From the NCBI GenBank assembly GCA_964012805.1, contig CAXGUD010000001.1, positions 208,731 through 272,730 on the forward strand: DNA of 64,000 nt, given 5' to 3'. Source of the DNA: an uncultured Bacteriovoracaceae bacterium (GTDB lineage: Bacteria; Bdellovibrionota; Bacteriovoracia; Bacteriovoracales; Bacteriovoracaceae). The notes under the pieces were generated by a model, which saw nothing but the letters and a program-made list of their open reading frames with translations, did not search any database and was not told the DNA's origin. A program made the position numbers and the translations under genes. Position 1 is the stretch's first letter. Each line of letters begins with the position of its first letter. This document shows positions 20,067-29,656 of the stretch, in pieces.

Positions 20067-20094
20067 GAGGGGGGAGGTATCCCCCCTTTTTTTT
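20067..20094 (+). terminator. intrinsic terminator
   Basis: GAGGGGGGA-GGTA-TCCCCCC followed by T8. Confidence 0.85.
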
Positions 20095-20234
20095 AAAAAA
20101 GACACATCGCATAAACACCCCCATAGGCTAAATATTTTTCAAAGGTCATTTAAACCTTTGAAAAAAGCAGAAAAACATGGTCTATCTCAGATAATGCTGT
20201 TACCTAAGACTCTTTTCAATAAAAATAAATTTTA

Positions 20235-21914
20235 TTGAGTCAGCAATTGCTTCCAAGGAGCCCCTTTTTGAAATTTTCAGACCTCCCCCTCGACAAAAAT
20301 ATTATAAAAGCTTTAGACGAAAAGAACTTTTCTGAACTCTTTGAAATCCAGGAAAAATCAATTCCTGTGCTCTTGGAAAATGAAACTGACTTCGTTGGAC
20401 AGGCCCAGACTGGTACTGGAAAAACAGCAGCTTTTGGCCTTCCCCTCTTATCTAAAATCGGCGAAAGCTTCAACCATATTCAAGGGCTTATCTTAGCACC
20501 GACTAGGGAGTTAGCAACACAAATCCAAGATGAACTGAAGGAATTTTCTAAATACACAAAAATTAGAACTTCAGTTGTCTACGGTGGAACTCCTATTAGA
20601 GACCAAATAAAAGACTTAAAAAGAAAAAAGCCTCAAATACTGGTTGGAACACCTGGAAGGGTCCTAGACCTCATTGACAGAGGCTTTATTAACCTTGGAA
20701 AAACACAATACGCGGTTTGTGACGAATGTGATGAAATGCTTAACAGAGGTTTCATTGAAGATGTTCAGGAAATTTTGGACCTCTTATCCGGAAATAGAAA
20801 TATTTGGATGTTTTCTGCAACAATGCCAAAACCAGTCCTTAAAGTTGTTCAAGAGTTTTTGAATACACCTCACATGGTTTCCGTTCAAAGAAAATCTGTA
20901 AGTTCACAAAATATTGATCAAGGGTACTATTTAGTTCCTAGAAATAATAAAGTGAAGGCCATTTGTAGCCTATTTGACTCCATGGAAGATTTTTATGGAA
21001 TGATTTTCTGCAGAACAAAAATTGAAGCAAAAATAGTTTCAGAAGAGCTGACTGCTTGGGGCATTCCTTGTAGTTCTCTCCACGGTGATATGGCCCAAGA
21101 CCAGAGAACTCATACCATGAAAAGGTTTAAAAAGAAGGATATCATTCTTTTAGTCTGCACTGATGTTGCGGCAAGAGGAATTGACGTTAACGACCTTACC
21201 CATGTTATCAACTTTGGTCTCCCTCAAGACTTTGAATCCTACGTTCATAGAATTGGAAGAACCGGGCGGGCTGGAAATACAGGAACAGCTTTGACCTTTA
21301 TTTCCCCCGATGAAAAAGGGCGCCTCTCAAGATTAGAAAAGTTTATTAAAGCACCCATTAAGAGAAAGAGGTTGCCTAAAGTTAGCGACATTAAAAAAGT
21401 TCTTTTAAGAAGAGAATTAATGAAGTTATATGAAAAGAACCAAACGGGGAAAAGCTTCAAAGACAATGAGCTTTATGACTTTTTTAAAGAGGAAACTCAA
21501 AACGAAAAAATGGAAACACTTGTCCAGAAAATGTTTGACTATATTTCTAATAATATTTTTTCAAATTATAATAGTGAAGAAACCCTAGACCTTGCTGACC
21601 ACAAAGTCTCCATGAGAGGGCCTCAAACACGCGGCCAAAGCGAGAGACGACCCATTAATACCAGTGAGGACCATGTTAGGTTTTTCGTGAACTTAGGTAA
21701 GAATGATGGGGTTAATATACAATCTTTTCTAGAGAATATTGCCGGCAGTGCCTCCGTTAAAAGAAAAGAGCTTAAAAATGTCGTCCTAAAGGATGATTTT
21801 TCTTTCCTTGAAGTTCATAAGAGTCATAAAAATAGATTCCTAAAAGGAAAAAAACTCTTTTTTAAAAAGAAGGCCTTAAGGTTTGAAGTGGCCAGAACTC
21901 CTGGCAAAAGATAA
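20235..21914 (+). CDS. DEAD-box RNA helicase (DeaD/CshA-like, DbpA RNA-binding C-terminus)
   Basis: Q motif, 'AQTGTGKT', 'PTRELA', 'TPGR', 'DECD', 'SAT', 'ARGID', 'HRIGRTGR'. Confidence 0.93.
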   Translation: MSQQLLPRSPFLKFSDLPLDKNIIKALDEKNFSELFEIQEKSIPVLLENETDFVGQAQTGTGKTAAFGLPLLSKIGESFNHIQGLILAPTRELATQIQDELKEFSKYTKIRTSVVYGGTPIRDQIKDLKRKKPQILVGTPGRVLDLIDRGFINLGKTQYAVCDECDEMLNRGFIEDVQEILDLLSGNRNIWMFSATMPKPVLKVVQEFLNTPHMVSVQRKSVSSQNIDQGYYLVPRNNKVKAICSLFDSMEDFYGMIFCRTKIEAKIVSEELTAWGIPCSSLHGDMAQDQRTHTMKRFKKKDIILLVCTDVAARGIDVNDLTHVINFGLPQDFESYVHRIGRTGRAGNTGTALTFISPDEKGRLSRLEKFIKAPIKRKRLPKVSDIKKVLLRRELMKLYEKNQTGKSFKDNELYDFFKEETQNEKMETLVQKMFDYISNNIFSNYNSEETLDLADHKVSMRGPQTRGQSERRPINTSEDHVRFFVNLGKNDGVNIQSFLENIAGSASVKRKELKNVVLKDDFSFLEVHKSHKNRFLKGKKLFFKKKALRFEVARTPGKR

Positions 21915-21915
21915 T

Positions 21916-22593
21916 TCAAAATCTATAAAGTAAGTTTGTAAAGAGAGTTGTTTCTTCGTTAAAGAAGTAACGACTCTCTAAAAGACGGTTTGAAATAAAA
22001 GTAAAGTGTTTCTTTAATAACTTCTGATAGAAAACACGGGACCTTCTTCTCGCATAATAATCCTTAAACTCATGATCCCTTATTTGAAAATCCAACTCTG
22101 TATCAGTCGGCACAGTTAAGTAGAGGAACTTCACTCGCATAGAAAGCAAGGGGATGGCCTGCTCTAATTCCTTTGTCGTTAAATATTGCAAAACAGAGTT
22201 GCATAAACCCAAATCATAGCGCCCTTTAGTTTTCTCCAACCATTCCATCATCCCCATGTTTTTTAAAGTTAAGTTTTTTATTCCGTACTTTTTTTTCCAC
22301 GTTGCCATAGTTTCAAAAGCATAGGGAGATGGCTCAACACCACAAACCTTCTTCAAAGCAAGCTTTTTTCTCCCTTCCTTTATCATAGACCCCAATCCAA
22401 AACCTAGATCAACCATAGAGCGGATTTCAATCATTTCTAAGTTAAAAAGAGAGGTTAAATAAGCAAAGTGTTCTTTTACGTTCCCAATACAGTCCATACT
22501 TTCTGGGTCACTATAATTACTGGCCCAATAATCCTTAGGAAAGCCATCTTCTCCAGAAGCTGTTTCACCTTCCCTTGTTCCTACTTTACTCAT
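21916..22593 (-). CDS. class I SAM-dependent methyltransferase
   Basis: 'VDLGFGLG', 'GVEPS', 'CNSVLQY'. Likely ATG 22593 (ORF track: 22719). Confidence 0.75.
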   Translation of the reverse strand: MSKVGTREGETASGEDGFPKDYWASNYSDPESMDCIGNVKEHFAYLTSLFNLEMIEIRSMVDLGFGLGSMIKEGRKKLALKKVCGVEPSPYAFETMATWKKKYGIKNLTLKNMGMMEWLEKTKGRYDLGLCNSVLQYLTTKELEQAIPLLSMRVKFLYLTVPTDTELDFQIRDHEFKDYYARRRSRVFYQKLLKKHFTFISNRLLESRYFFNEETTLFTNLLYRF

Positions 22594-22672
22594 AAAAGAC
22601 CCTTCATGAAAAAATAAGCAGATTTGCTTTTTTGTTTTTACTTTTTCTAGATAGCTTGTTATTGCACCGTAT

Positions 22673-23284
22673 ATGAAATATAAACTTAGAACCCCATCTA
22701 TAATAAGGCTTTTGGCCATTTTTTCAATCCTTCTCTTCTCTTTTCTTCTAACTGAAGGGCTAAAGTCCGAGCTTTCTGAGATTTCTGAGCATCCTAAGAA
22801 TGCTTCGCTTTCCTTTCAAAAAGAGTCCTGTGAAGTTGAACAAATCGGTCATGAAATCATCGTTTATTGCAAACTAAAAGTGCTTTTTAGGGAATCTTCA
22901 AATGGGCCTCTAGAAGAAGAGCTCTACTTAAAAGAAGGTGAAATTGAGGGAAGCGCCACTGGAGATTTTGTTGCGCAAACCATTAGCCCTTTAAGTAACA
23001 AGCCTAACCTTTACCACAATCCCTTTCCTCTACCCCTTAAATTAAAAAATTTAACTGACCAGGTTATGACAATGATCAACTTACAAAGGCCTCACCAAAG
23101 TGGCAGACTAAAATGGGCCATACCAACTACAATACAAGATGAACTTGGGGAGGTTGTTGAGGAAGTTTCAGTCATTCAAGAATTTATTTTGGAAGAAAGC
23201 ATTTTGACCTTAAAAAAGGGAGGGCTTAAACTTATCGAAGTCGACCTAAATAATGTTTCACATCCTATAAATAACCTTCCCTAA
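22673..23284 (+). CDS. hypothetical exported protein
   Basis: 203-aa ORF with N-terminal hydrophobic segment. Confidence 0.55.
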   Translation: MKYKLRTPSIIRLLAIFSILLFSFLLTEGLKSELSEISEHPKNASLSFQKESCEVEQIGHEIIVYCKLKVLFRESSNGPLEEELYLKEGEIEGSATGDFVAQTISPLSNKPNLYHNPFPLPLKLKNLTDQVMTMINLQRPHQSGRLKWAIPTTIQDELGEVVEEVSVIQEFILEESILTLKKGGLKLIEVDLNNVSHPINNLP

Positions 23285-23860
23285 AAAAAATAAAAGAGAA
23301 GAAAAAAGAAATAAGTTACAAATACCTGTGACTTTAACTATAAACTGAAACTTTGCATTATCAGCAGGAGCGTACCAGACGCCTTCATCACCCTTTGTTT
23401 TAGTTCCAACAATTTTATAAAACCCATGAGCATAATAGGTTTCTAAAATGACAGAGCCGATTAAAGTTAGATGAAAAATACCATAAGGCCAATTAAAATT
23501 AGTTTTAAGACCACTGAACCAATAAATACTAAGTCCAAAAAATAGAATAACACAACTTAAGTCATGAATAATTCCAATAGGAGGAACCCAGTTTTTCGTT
23601 ACAAATAACATAAATATTTCAACAATGCCTCTTACCCACATCCATAAAGAAAAAATAATCCATATGCTTGTATAAGGGCTTAGCTCAAAATTAAAATAGC
23701 AATAAGGTAAAAGAAAAAACCAAACGTAGATCGTAAAAAAGAGCCAAAAAGCCTTGGCCTTTGAAATCGCCCCTCCCATTTTAGCACGGTTATTTTGCCT
23801 CCAAAAAAAATAAAAGGAGAGAAGGACAGACAAAAGAGAGCAAATTGTAAAAATCACCAT
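23258..23860 (-). CDS. hypothetical multi-pass membrane protein
   Basis: About 6 hydrophobic segments; start overlaps the stop of the upstream SBP gene. Confidence 0.65.
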   Translation of the reverse strand: MVIFTICSLLSVLLSFYFFWRQNNRAKMGGAISKAKAFWLFFTIYVWFFLLPYCYFNFELSPYTSIWIIFSLWMWVRGIVEIFMLFVTKNWVPPIGIIHDLSCVILFFGLSIYWFSGLKTNFNWPYGIFHLTLIGSVILETYYAHGFYKIVGTKTKGDEGVWYAPADNAKFQFIVKVTGICNLFLFSSLLFFLGKVIYRM

Positions 23861-24645
23861 CGACCCTTTTCCAAATACTTTGATTTAATTTTCTGATAAT
23901 GGTCTGAAGTCCTTATTTTTCCAAGAGTGCTCCATATTTTTTGAGATAGTCCACGGTTACCTCGATGAAACTGATGAGATATCAAAAGATAATAATTTTT
24001 CTTTTTTAAAGGAACACTACTTTTCCTCAAGTTCTCAAAACCACTCTTTTTAAGCCACGTATCGCCTTCACTGTCATGTAATGCCACAGACTTCACATAA
24101 CTCTTTTTTAACATAGAAAGTAACTGTTCTATCCCTTTCATTTCTTTTACTTTTATATTCGATTCTCTTAGATCTTTTACAATTGAGTAACCTTCCTTTG
24201 CTCCCACTATACCTCTTATACTCTTCAAAGTTTTATTATCCCAAACAGTGCCTTTATTTTTCAATGAGTATAGATAATAGGCCCCTTCACCAATTCTTTG
24301 TTGAGCTAAGATTTTATTCTTATTCGTCGGATAAACTCCAAATTCTTTTCTAGATTTTTTATAACTAACCGACGCCATAATATCGACCCTTCCACTTTTT
24401 AATGTCAAAAGACAACGCTTAAAGGGCCTCCTTTTAAATTTAAACTTCACTTTCATTTTTTCTTCTAGTAGTTTAAACATCTCAAAATAAAGACCTGGTA
24501 GTTCTCTCCCCTCTTTTCCTTTTTCTACATAAATTGGAAAGGCTCCTTTTGGTTCCATGCAAACCTTTAAAACTCTTGCAAAGGAGGTGTTTAGAAAAAA
24601 AGTTGATATTGTTAAAATAAAAAACCTGCGTCCATTGAATAACAT
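23854..24645 (-). CDS. family-3-like periplasmic substrate-binding protein
   Basis: Signal peptide; 'RPFKRCLLTLKSGRVD', 'GYSIV', 'YYLLISH'. Likely ATG 24645. Confidence 0.75.
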   Translation of the reverse strand: MLFNGRRFFILTISTFFLNTSFARVLKVCMEPKGAFPIYVEKGKEGRELPGLYFEMFKLLEEKMKVKFKFKRRPFKRCLLTLKSGRVDIMASVSYKKSRKEFGVYPTNKNKILAQQRIGEGAYYLYSLKNKGTVWDNKTLKSIRGIVGAKEGYSIVKDLRESNIKVKEMKGIEQLLSMLKKSYVKSVALHDSEGDTWLKKSGFENLRKSSVPLKKKNYYLLISHQFHRGNRGLSQKIWSTLGKIRTSDHYQKIKSKYLEKGRW

Positions 24646-24675
24646 TTCGCCCCCTCTAACATAAATATAAAACAT

Positions 24676-25359
24676 TTAATTTTTTAAATAAGATAGAAAT
24701 CTTTTTTCTAGCAAACGAAAAGCCCAAACAATAATAAATGTTAAAATTAAATATAATACTGCAGCAGTTATAAAAGCTTCTGCAGGACTGAAGTAACGAG
24801 CATAAATAATTCTAGCGGCTCCCGTTATATCTACCAATGTAATAAGTCCTGCAATAGAACTCCCGTGCAACATAAAAATGACCTCATTGCCATATGCTGG
24901 GATTGAGTTTCTTAGCGCAATTGGAAAAATAATTCGTTTGAGCATAACCCATTGGCTCATACCACAAGACTTGGCTGCTTCGATTTGACCAGCAGGTAAC
25001 CTCTCAATAGCACCTCGAAAAATTTCTGTCGTATAGGCAGCAGTATTTAGAGAAAATGACAAAAGGGCAACCTTGTAAGGCTCCTTAAAAAAGCCCCATA
25101 AAAATGTATCTCGAATAAATGAAAATTGAGAGAGCCCGTAATAAAATAAAAACATTTGAACAAGTAAAGGTGTTCCTCTAAAAAAATAAGTAAACCAGTA
25201 CACCGGTAAATTTATAACTTTATTTTTAGAAACTCTCATTACAGAGAGAGGAAGAGCGAGAGAAAAACCAACAAGTAGAGAAAGTGGAACTAATTGAAGA
25301 GTTAGAATAACTCCCTCTAGATACAGTTTCCAATTATCAAAGATGATTGAAAAGTTCAA
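24676..25359 (-). CDS. polar amino-acid ABC permease (HisM/ArtM/AotM-like)
   Basis: 'FRGTPLLVQ', 'LNTAAYTTEIFRG', EAA motif 'GQIEAAKSCGM'. Confidence 0.9.
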   Translation of the reverse strand: MNFSIIFDNWKLYLEGVILTLQLVPLSLLVGFSLALPLSVMRVSKNKVINLPVYWFTYFFRGTPLLVQMFLFYYGLSQFSFIRDTFLWGFFKEPYKVALLSFSLNTAAYTTEIFRGAIERLPAGQIEAAKSCGMSQWVMLKRIIFPIALRNSIPAYGNEVIFMLHGSSIAGLITLVDITGAARIIYARYFSPAEAFITAAVLYLILTFIIVWAFRLLEKRFLSYLKN

Positions 25360-26054
25360 GCATCACTCTCCTGAAAGCCAATATTATAGCGCTTTTCTAA
25401 GGCCCTTTGAATCCGATTTGAAACACTTGTAATTAATAAATAAATCAAAGCACACGCAATCCAAAAATTAAAAGGCTTATGAGTGGATCCACCTGCCAAA
25501 TCGGCTTTTCTAACAACGTCTTCCAGGCCTATAACAGATACCAAAGCCGTCGCTTTCACTAAAACAAGCCAATTATTTCCAAAACTTGGTAAGGCATGCC
25601 TTGTCATTTGAGGGAATAGGATTCTTGTAAAAAGCTTCCAGTTATTCATTCCACAAGACCTCGCTGCCTCAATTTGCCCCACAGGAATAGCTAAATAGGC
25701 ACCACGAAAGGTTTCTCCCATATAGGCGCCAAAAATGAGGCCAATTGTCATAGACCCTGAAAAGAAAGGGTTAATATCTATATAAACATCAAAGCCTAAA
25801 GACTGAACCATCTTATTTATTAAAACCTGTCCGCCAAAAAAGATTAAAAGCATCATAACAAGTTCAGGTATTCCCCTGATTATGGTCGTATACAAAAGCC
25901 CGATGATTTCTAAAAAGCGTATTTTCGACAGCCTCATAAATGCTGTTATTAATCCTAAAACTGAAGCTACAAAGAGCGAAACAATGGAGAGAATTATGGT
26001 TATCAAGGCCCCCTCGAGAAGAGAAGGGCCATAACCATAAAGGAAATCAAACAT
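25356..26054 (-). CDS. polar amino-acid ABC permease (HisQ/ArtQ/AotQ-like)
   Basis: 'YTTIIRGIPEL', 'GAYMGETFRGA', 'NNWLVLVKATALVS'. Confidence 0.9.
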   Translation of the reverse strand: MFDFLYGYGPSLLEGALITIILSIVSLFVASVLGLITAFMRLSKIRFLEIIGLLYTTIIRGIPELVMMLLIFFGGQVLINKMVQSLGFDVYIDINPFFSGSMTIGLIFGAYMGETFRGAYLAIPVGQIEAARSCGMNNWKLFTRILFPQMTRHALPSFGNNWLVLVKATALVSVIGLEDVVRKADLAGGSTHKPFNFWIACALIYLLITSVSNRIQRALEKRYNIGFQESDA

Positions 26055-26059
26055 AATGT

Positions 26060-26854
26060 TTATTTTCCATATATATCAAAGTCAAAATACTTCTTTCTGA
26101 TCGTATCGTAAGTTCCGTTACTCCTTATTGCATCAATGGCCTTATTAAATTTTTCAACTAAAGCAGTATCCTCTTTCCTGATCGCAATTCCTATACCTTT
26201 CCCAAGGTATTTTTGATCCGTTAAATCTGGACCAACAAACTCGTAAGCATCTCCACCTGCTTTTTTCAAAAAGCCATCAGAAAGGGCCAAACTATCTGCC
26301 ATAAGAAGGTCTATTCTTCCAGCTTTCATATCCAGATAAGCTTCATCTTGCTTACCGTACCTTTTGATTGTTACATCATTCCCATAAACGGCGGTTAAAT
26401 ACTTGTCGTGAATTGTTCCTCTTTGGATTCCAACAGTTTTCCCCTTTAGACTGGCCTTATTAATTTCAATTCCAGAACCTTTTTTTCTTACAAACTTAGC
26501 AGGAGTTGCATAATACTTCTTAGTAAAGGAAACTTTTTTTTCTCTTTCTGCAGTAATACTCATAGAAGCAACAATAGCGTCATACTTTTTCGCCAGGAGT
26601 GCAGGGATAATTCCATCCCAATCCTGCTTAACCAATTCACACTCTGACCCCATTTCCTTACAAAGTGCATAGGAAATATCAATATCAAAACCCTTCATGT
26701 TGCCATCTTTATCAACCTCGCTAAAAGGAGGATAAGCACCTTCTACCCCAATTCTTAATTTTTCTGCTGACTTTTTTGAACCAGCAAAAGAGGTCGATAC
26801 AAGTCCTGAAAAAACCACGAGCGATAACAATAGAGAGATAAGGTTCTTTTTCAT
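26060..26854 (-). CDS. Arg/Lys/Orn/His ABC substrate-binding protein (ArgT/AotJ-like)
   Basis: 'EGAYPPFS', 'GFDID', 'WDGIIPAL', 'SMSITAER', 'KKYFDFDIYG'. Confidence 0.92.
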   Translation of the reverse strand: MKKNLISLLLSLVVFSGLVSTSFAGSKKSAEKLRIGVEGAYPPFSEVDKDGNMKGFDIDISYALCKEMGSECELVKQDWDGIIPALLAKKYDAIVASMSITAEREKKVSFTKKYYATPAKFVRKKGSGIEINKASLKGKTVGIQRGTIHDKYLTAVYGNDVTIKRYGKQDEAYLDMKAGRIDLLMADSLALSDGFLKKAGGDAYEFVGPDLTDQKYLGKGIGIAIRKEDTALVEKFNKAIDAIRSNGTYDTIRKKYFDFDIYGK

Positions 26855-26904
26855 TTTTACTCCTATAAAAGTTATTAATATAAAGGGAAGCTCCCAAAAA
26901 TAAT

Positions 26905-27681
26905 TTACATAATCGTGGATAAAAAGTTTTTCAAAATTTCACTTCTTGGATCCTTTAAGACATCATTAGGTTTCCCCTGCTCTTCAATAACCCCTTGGTG
27001 AAAAAAGGCAACACTGCTTGAAGCCTCTCTGGCAAAACCAATTTCATGGGTCACAACAAGCATCGTCCTTCCTTCTTCAGCTAAGTTCCTCATTACTTTC
27101 AACACTTCTCCAACTAACTCAGGATCTAAAGCGGAAGTTGGTTCATCAAATAAAATAACATCAGGGTCCATGGCCAAGGCCCTGGCAATGGCAACTCTCT
27201 GTTGCTGTCCTCCACTAAGCTGAGAAGGGAAGAAATCTTTCCTCTCAAAAACCCCTACTTTTTCAAGAAGGGAACAAGACTTTTCATGGGCCTCTTTTTT
27301 TGATCTATTTAGTACTTGAACCTGGGCTTCCATAACGTTATCTAAAGCAGTCATATGAGACCAAAGGTTAAAGTTTTGAAATACCATCCCCATATGCGAT
27401 CTAAATTTTTCCAATTGTTTTTTGTTTTGGGGAACAAGCTCACCATTTCTTTTTAGTTCTGTTTGTAAAAGCTCTCCGTTAAGTTGTATTTCACCCTTAT
27501 TTGGCGATTCCAAAAAGTTAAGACACCGTAAAAAAGTACTCTTTCCGGATCCCGATGAACCAATAATCGAGACAACCTCTCCTTGCTTCGCCTCTAGAGA
27601 GATATTTTTCAAAACTTCTAAGCTTCCGAAACTTTTTGAAAGAGAGTTGACAGCCAAAACCGGGGTATCTTTATCGGACAA
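26905..27681 (-). CDS. polar amino-acid ABC ATP-binding protein (HisP/AotP-like)
   Basis: 'GSSGSGKST', 'LSGGQQQRVAIARAL', 'DEPTSALDPELVGEVL'. Confidence 0.92.
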   Translation of the reverse strand: MSDKDTPVLAVNSLSKSFGSLEVLKNISLEAKQGEVVSIIGSSGSGKSTFLRCLNFLESPNKGEIQLNGELLQTELKRNGELVPQNKKQLEKFRSHMGMVFQNFNLWSHMTALDNVMEAQVQVLNRSKKEAHEKSCSLLEKVGVFERKDFFPSQLSGGQQQRVAIARALAMDPDVILFDEPTSALDPELVGEVLKVMRNLAEEGRTMLVVTHEIGFAREASSSVAFFHQGVIEEQGKPNDVLKDPRSEILKNFLSTIM

Positions 27682-27930
27682 TTAATTGATCCTGATTATA
27701 AAATTATAAAATAAATCTTATTTACTCATTTTAAATGTAATGTATTAAATGAAAAGTGGGAAGGCTTTTAAAACTTGCTAAACAATTCTTTATTAAACCG
27801 GCCATAAAAATTTTATTCTAACTATAAAAATTATTTCTTACTCAAAAGCTTCTTTTTTTTGAGCTTTTCAATCAACTTTTTTTTATCAAAGTCTGGCTAC
27901 CTCTATAATATTCACATGGAGGAAATCATA

Positions 27931-28626
27931 ATGGATGAAAAGCTTCTTGCCTCTATGATTGATCACACTTTACTTTCCTCAACCGCTTCAGAGGATGATA
28001 TCAGGTCTCTTTGTAAAGAAGCTATTGAATTAGGTTTTAAAAGTGTCTGCATTAACCCAAGTAATATAAAATTTGCGAAATCTATTCTTAGCTCTACAAA
28101 AATAGATATATGTACTGTTATTGGCTTTCCACTAGGAGCAACAACAACAAAAATGAAAGCTTTTGAAGCCAAAGATGCTATCGATTGTGGGGCCACAGAA
28201 ATAGATATGGTTATTAACATCGGTAAACTAAAATCCAAAGATTATGATTATGTTCTCAATGACATAAAGGAGGTAGTTCAGGCTTCATCTCCCCATATTG
28301 TAAAAGTAATAATTGAAACATCCTTACTAAGCCAAGACGAAAAAGTCATTGCCTGCTCTTTATCAAAAATAGCCAAGGCCCATTTTGTAAAAACCTCAAC
28401 GGGCTTTTCGGGAGGTGGAGCTAACATAAAAGATGTCGAGCTTATGAAAAGAGTTGTTGGTGAAGAAATCGAAGTGAAGGCTTCTGGAGGTATAAAAACA
28501 AAGGAAGATGCCATCAAAATGATTCAAGCTGGTGCTACCCGATTGGGAACGTCTAAAGGACCGCTCCTTCTTGGTAAAGAAAGTGCCAACAAAAATAATC
28601 AAAATCAATCTAAGTCAACTTATTAA
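27931..28626 (+). CDS. deoC: deoxyribose-phosphate aldolase
   Basis: 'IDHTLL', 'VIGFPLG', 'EIDMVINIG', 'FVKTSTG', 'VKASGG', 'RLGTS'; GGAGG before ATG 27931. Confidence 0.96.
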   Translation: MDEKLLASMIDHTLLSSTASEDDIRSLCKEAIELGFKSVCINPSNIKFAKSILSSTKIDICTVIGFPLGATTTKMKAFEAKDAIDCGATEIDMVINIGKLKSKDYDYVLNDIKEVVQASSPHIVKVIIETSLLSQDEKVIACSLSKIAKAHFVKTSTGFSGGGANIKDVELMKRVVGEEIEVKASGGIKTKEDAIKMIQAGATRLGTSKGPLLLGKESANKNNQNQSKSTY

Positions 28627-28797
28627 GTTGAACATGTTTTTATAACTTAAGATTAATTATTTAAAACCTTAAAATTATTAGCTATTTAATTCTATGGGTG
28701 ATTTATATGGAAAAAATATTTGTTTCTCAAAATTACCGATATTATAAATTTGTCTGGTGAAAATTGGGTTTAGCTATTTTAATGGTGGTGGAGAATA

Positions 28798-29403
28798 ATG
28801 AGTAATCTGGCCGTACTTGATGATTTGGAAAACAATAACGCCAAAGACTTCCTAAAAAATCTTTTTAGAGATCTTAGCCTCAAAAGGTTAAAAAAACATT
28901 CTTTTATAGACTTTATTACACAAAACGATGTTCAAAGAATAATTGAAAATAATCAAGAATGCCAGTGGGTGTCTGTGATTTTTGTAAAAGGAGAAAATGT
29001 TCAATTTATTTTTAAGGCTCAATTTGTTACTGAAGATGCAAAACATTTTGCTGCCAAAGCTTATGGAAAACCAAATGAAAGTAAGGATATCAATAAACAC
29101 CAAGCCGATGAATTTATAAAAGAGTTCTGTAACCTAATGGGTGGTGGGATTAAAGAGCAATTAGAAAAAAATGGGGTTAAAACTATAATGAGCCTTCCCC
29201 TCCTTACTAGAGGTCAAGATGATGTTTTCTTCTCTCCAAATAGCTCTGAGACCTATGAAGATCTCTTTTTAGATAAGTGGGAGTTACAACTTGAAGGAAA
29301 AAGCCTTATTTGTGAAGCTTTTGCCGAGATTTACGATAAAGAAACTCTACCCATAATATGCAATGAAGTTGAATTTGCTGAGGATGAAGTGGAATTCTTT
29401 TAG
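28798..29403 (+). CDS. CheX-like chemotaxis phosphatase domain protein
   Basis: ExxN motif in 'KEFCNLMGG' followed by 'SLP...G'. Confidence 0.7.
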   Translation: MSNLAVLDDLENNNAKDFLKNLFRDLSLKRLKKHSFIDFITQNDVQRIIENNQECQWVSVIFVKGENVQFIFKAQFVTEDAKHFAAKAYGKPNESKDINKHQADEFIKEFCNLMGGGIKEQLEKNGVKTIMSLPLLTRGQDDVFFSPNSSETYEDLFLDKWELQLEGKSLICEAFAEIYDKETLPIICNEVEFAEDEVEFF

Positions 29404-29422
29404 GACATCCTATATTTTTTTA

Positions 29423-29614
29423 TTATTCACATGCCCTCTCTGCTTGAAAACCTACCACCATATTGTCCTCTACACTATAAGATATTTCGATAGGTCTACA
29501 GCAAACTTCACAATCTTCAATGTATTTTTGTCCTCCATAATAAACCTCTATAACCATAGATATCCTTGAGAAACAAAAAGGACATTGAAAAAAATATTCT
29601 GTCTCACCTTCCAT
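29423..29614 (-). CDS. CPXCG-motif cysteine-rich small protein
   Basis: 'QCPFC...YIEDCEVCCRPI'. Confidence 0.85.
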   Translation of the reverse strand: MEGETEYFFQCPFCFSRISMVIEVYYGGQKYIEDCEVCCRPIEISYSVEDNMVVGFQAERACE

Positions 29615-29656
29615 TGAGTACCTTCTTCTTATTAGTTTTAAAAATTAAAAATCAAC

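Noticed and set aside
20235..21914. DECD instead of DEAD in the helicase
   Set aside because: Known tolerated DExD variant; all other motifs are intact
27700..27760. ArgR boxes upstream of the amino-acid ABC operon
   Set aside because: Only half-site matches in very AT-rich DNA
29423..29614. CPXCG protein as rubredoxin partner for AlkB
   Set aside because: 26 kb away, lacks rubredoxin 'Y.P..G' and 'W.CP.C' motifs, and belongs to a common separate family
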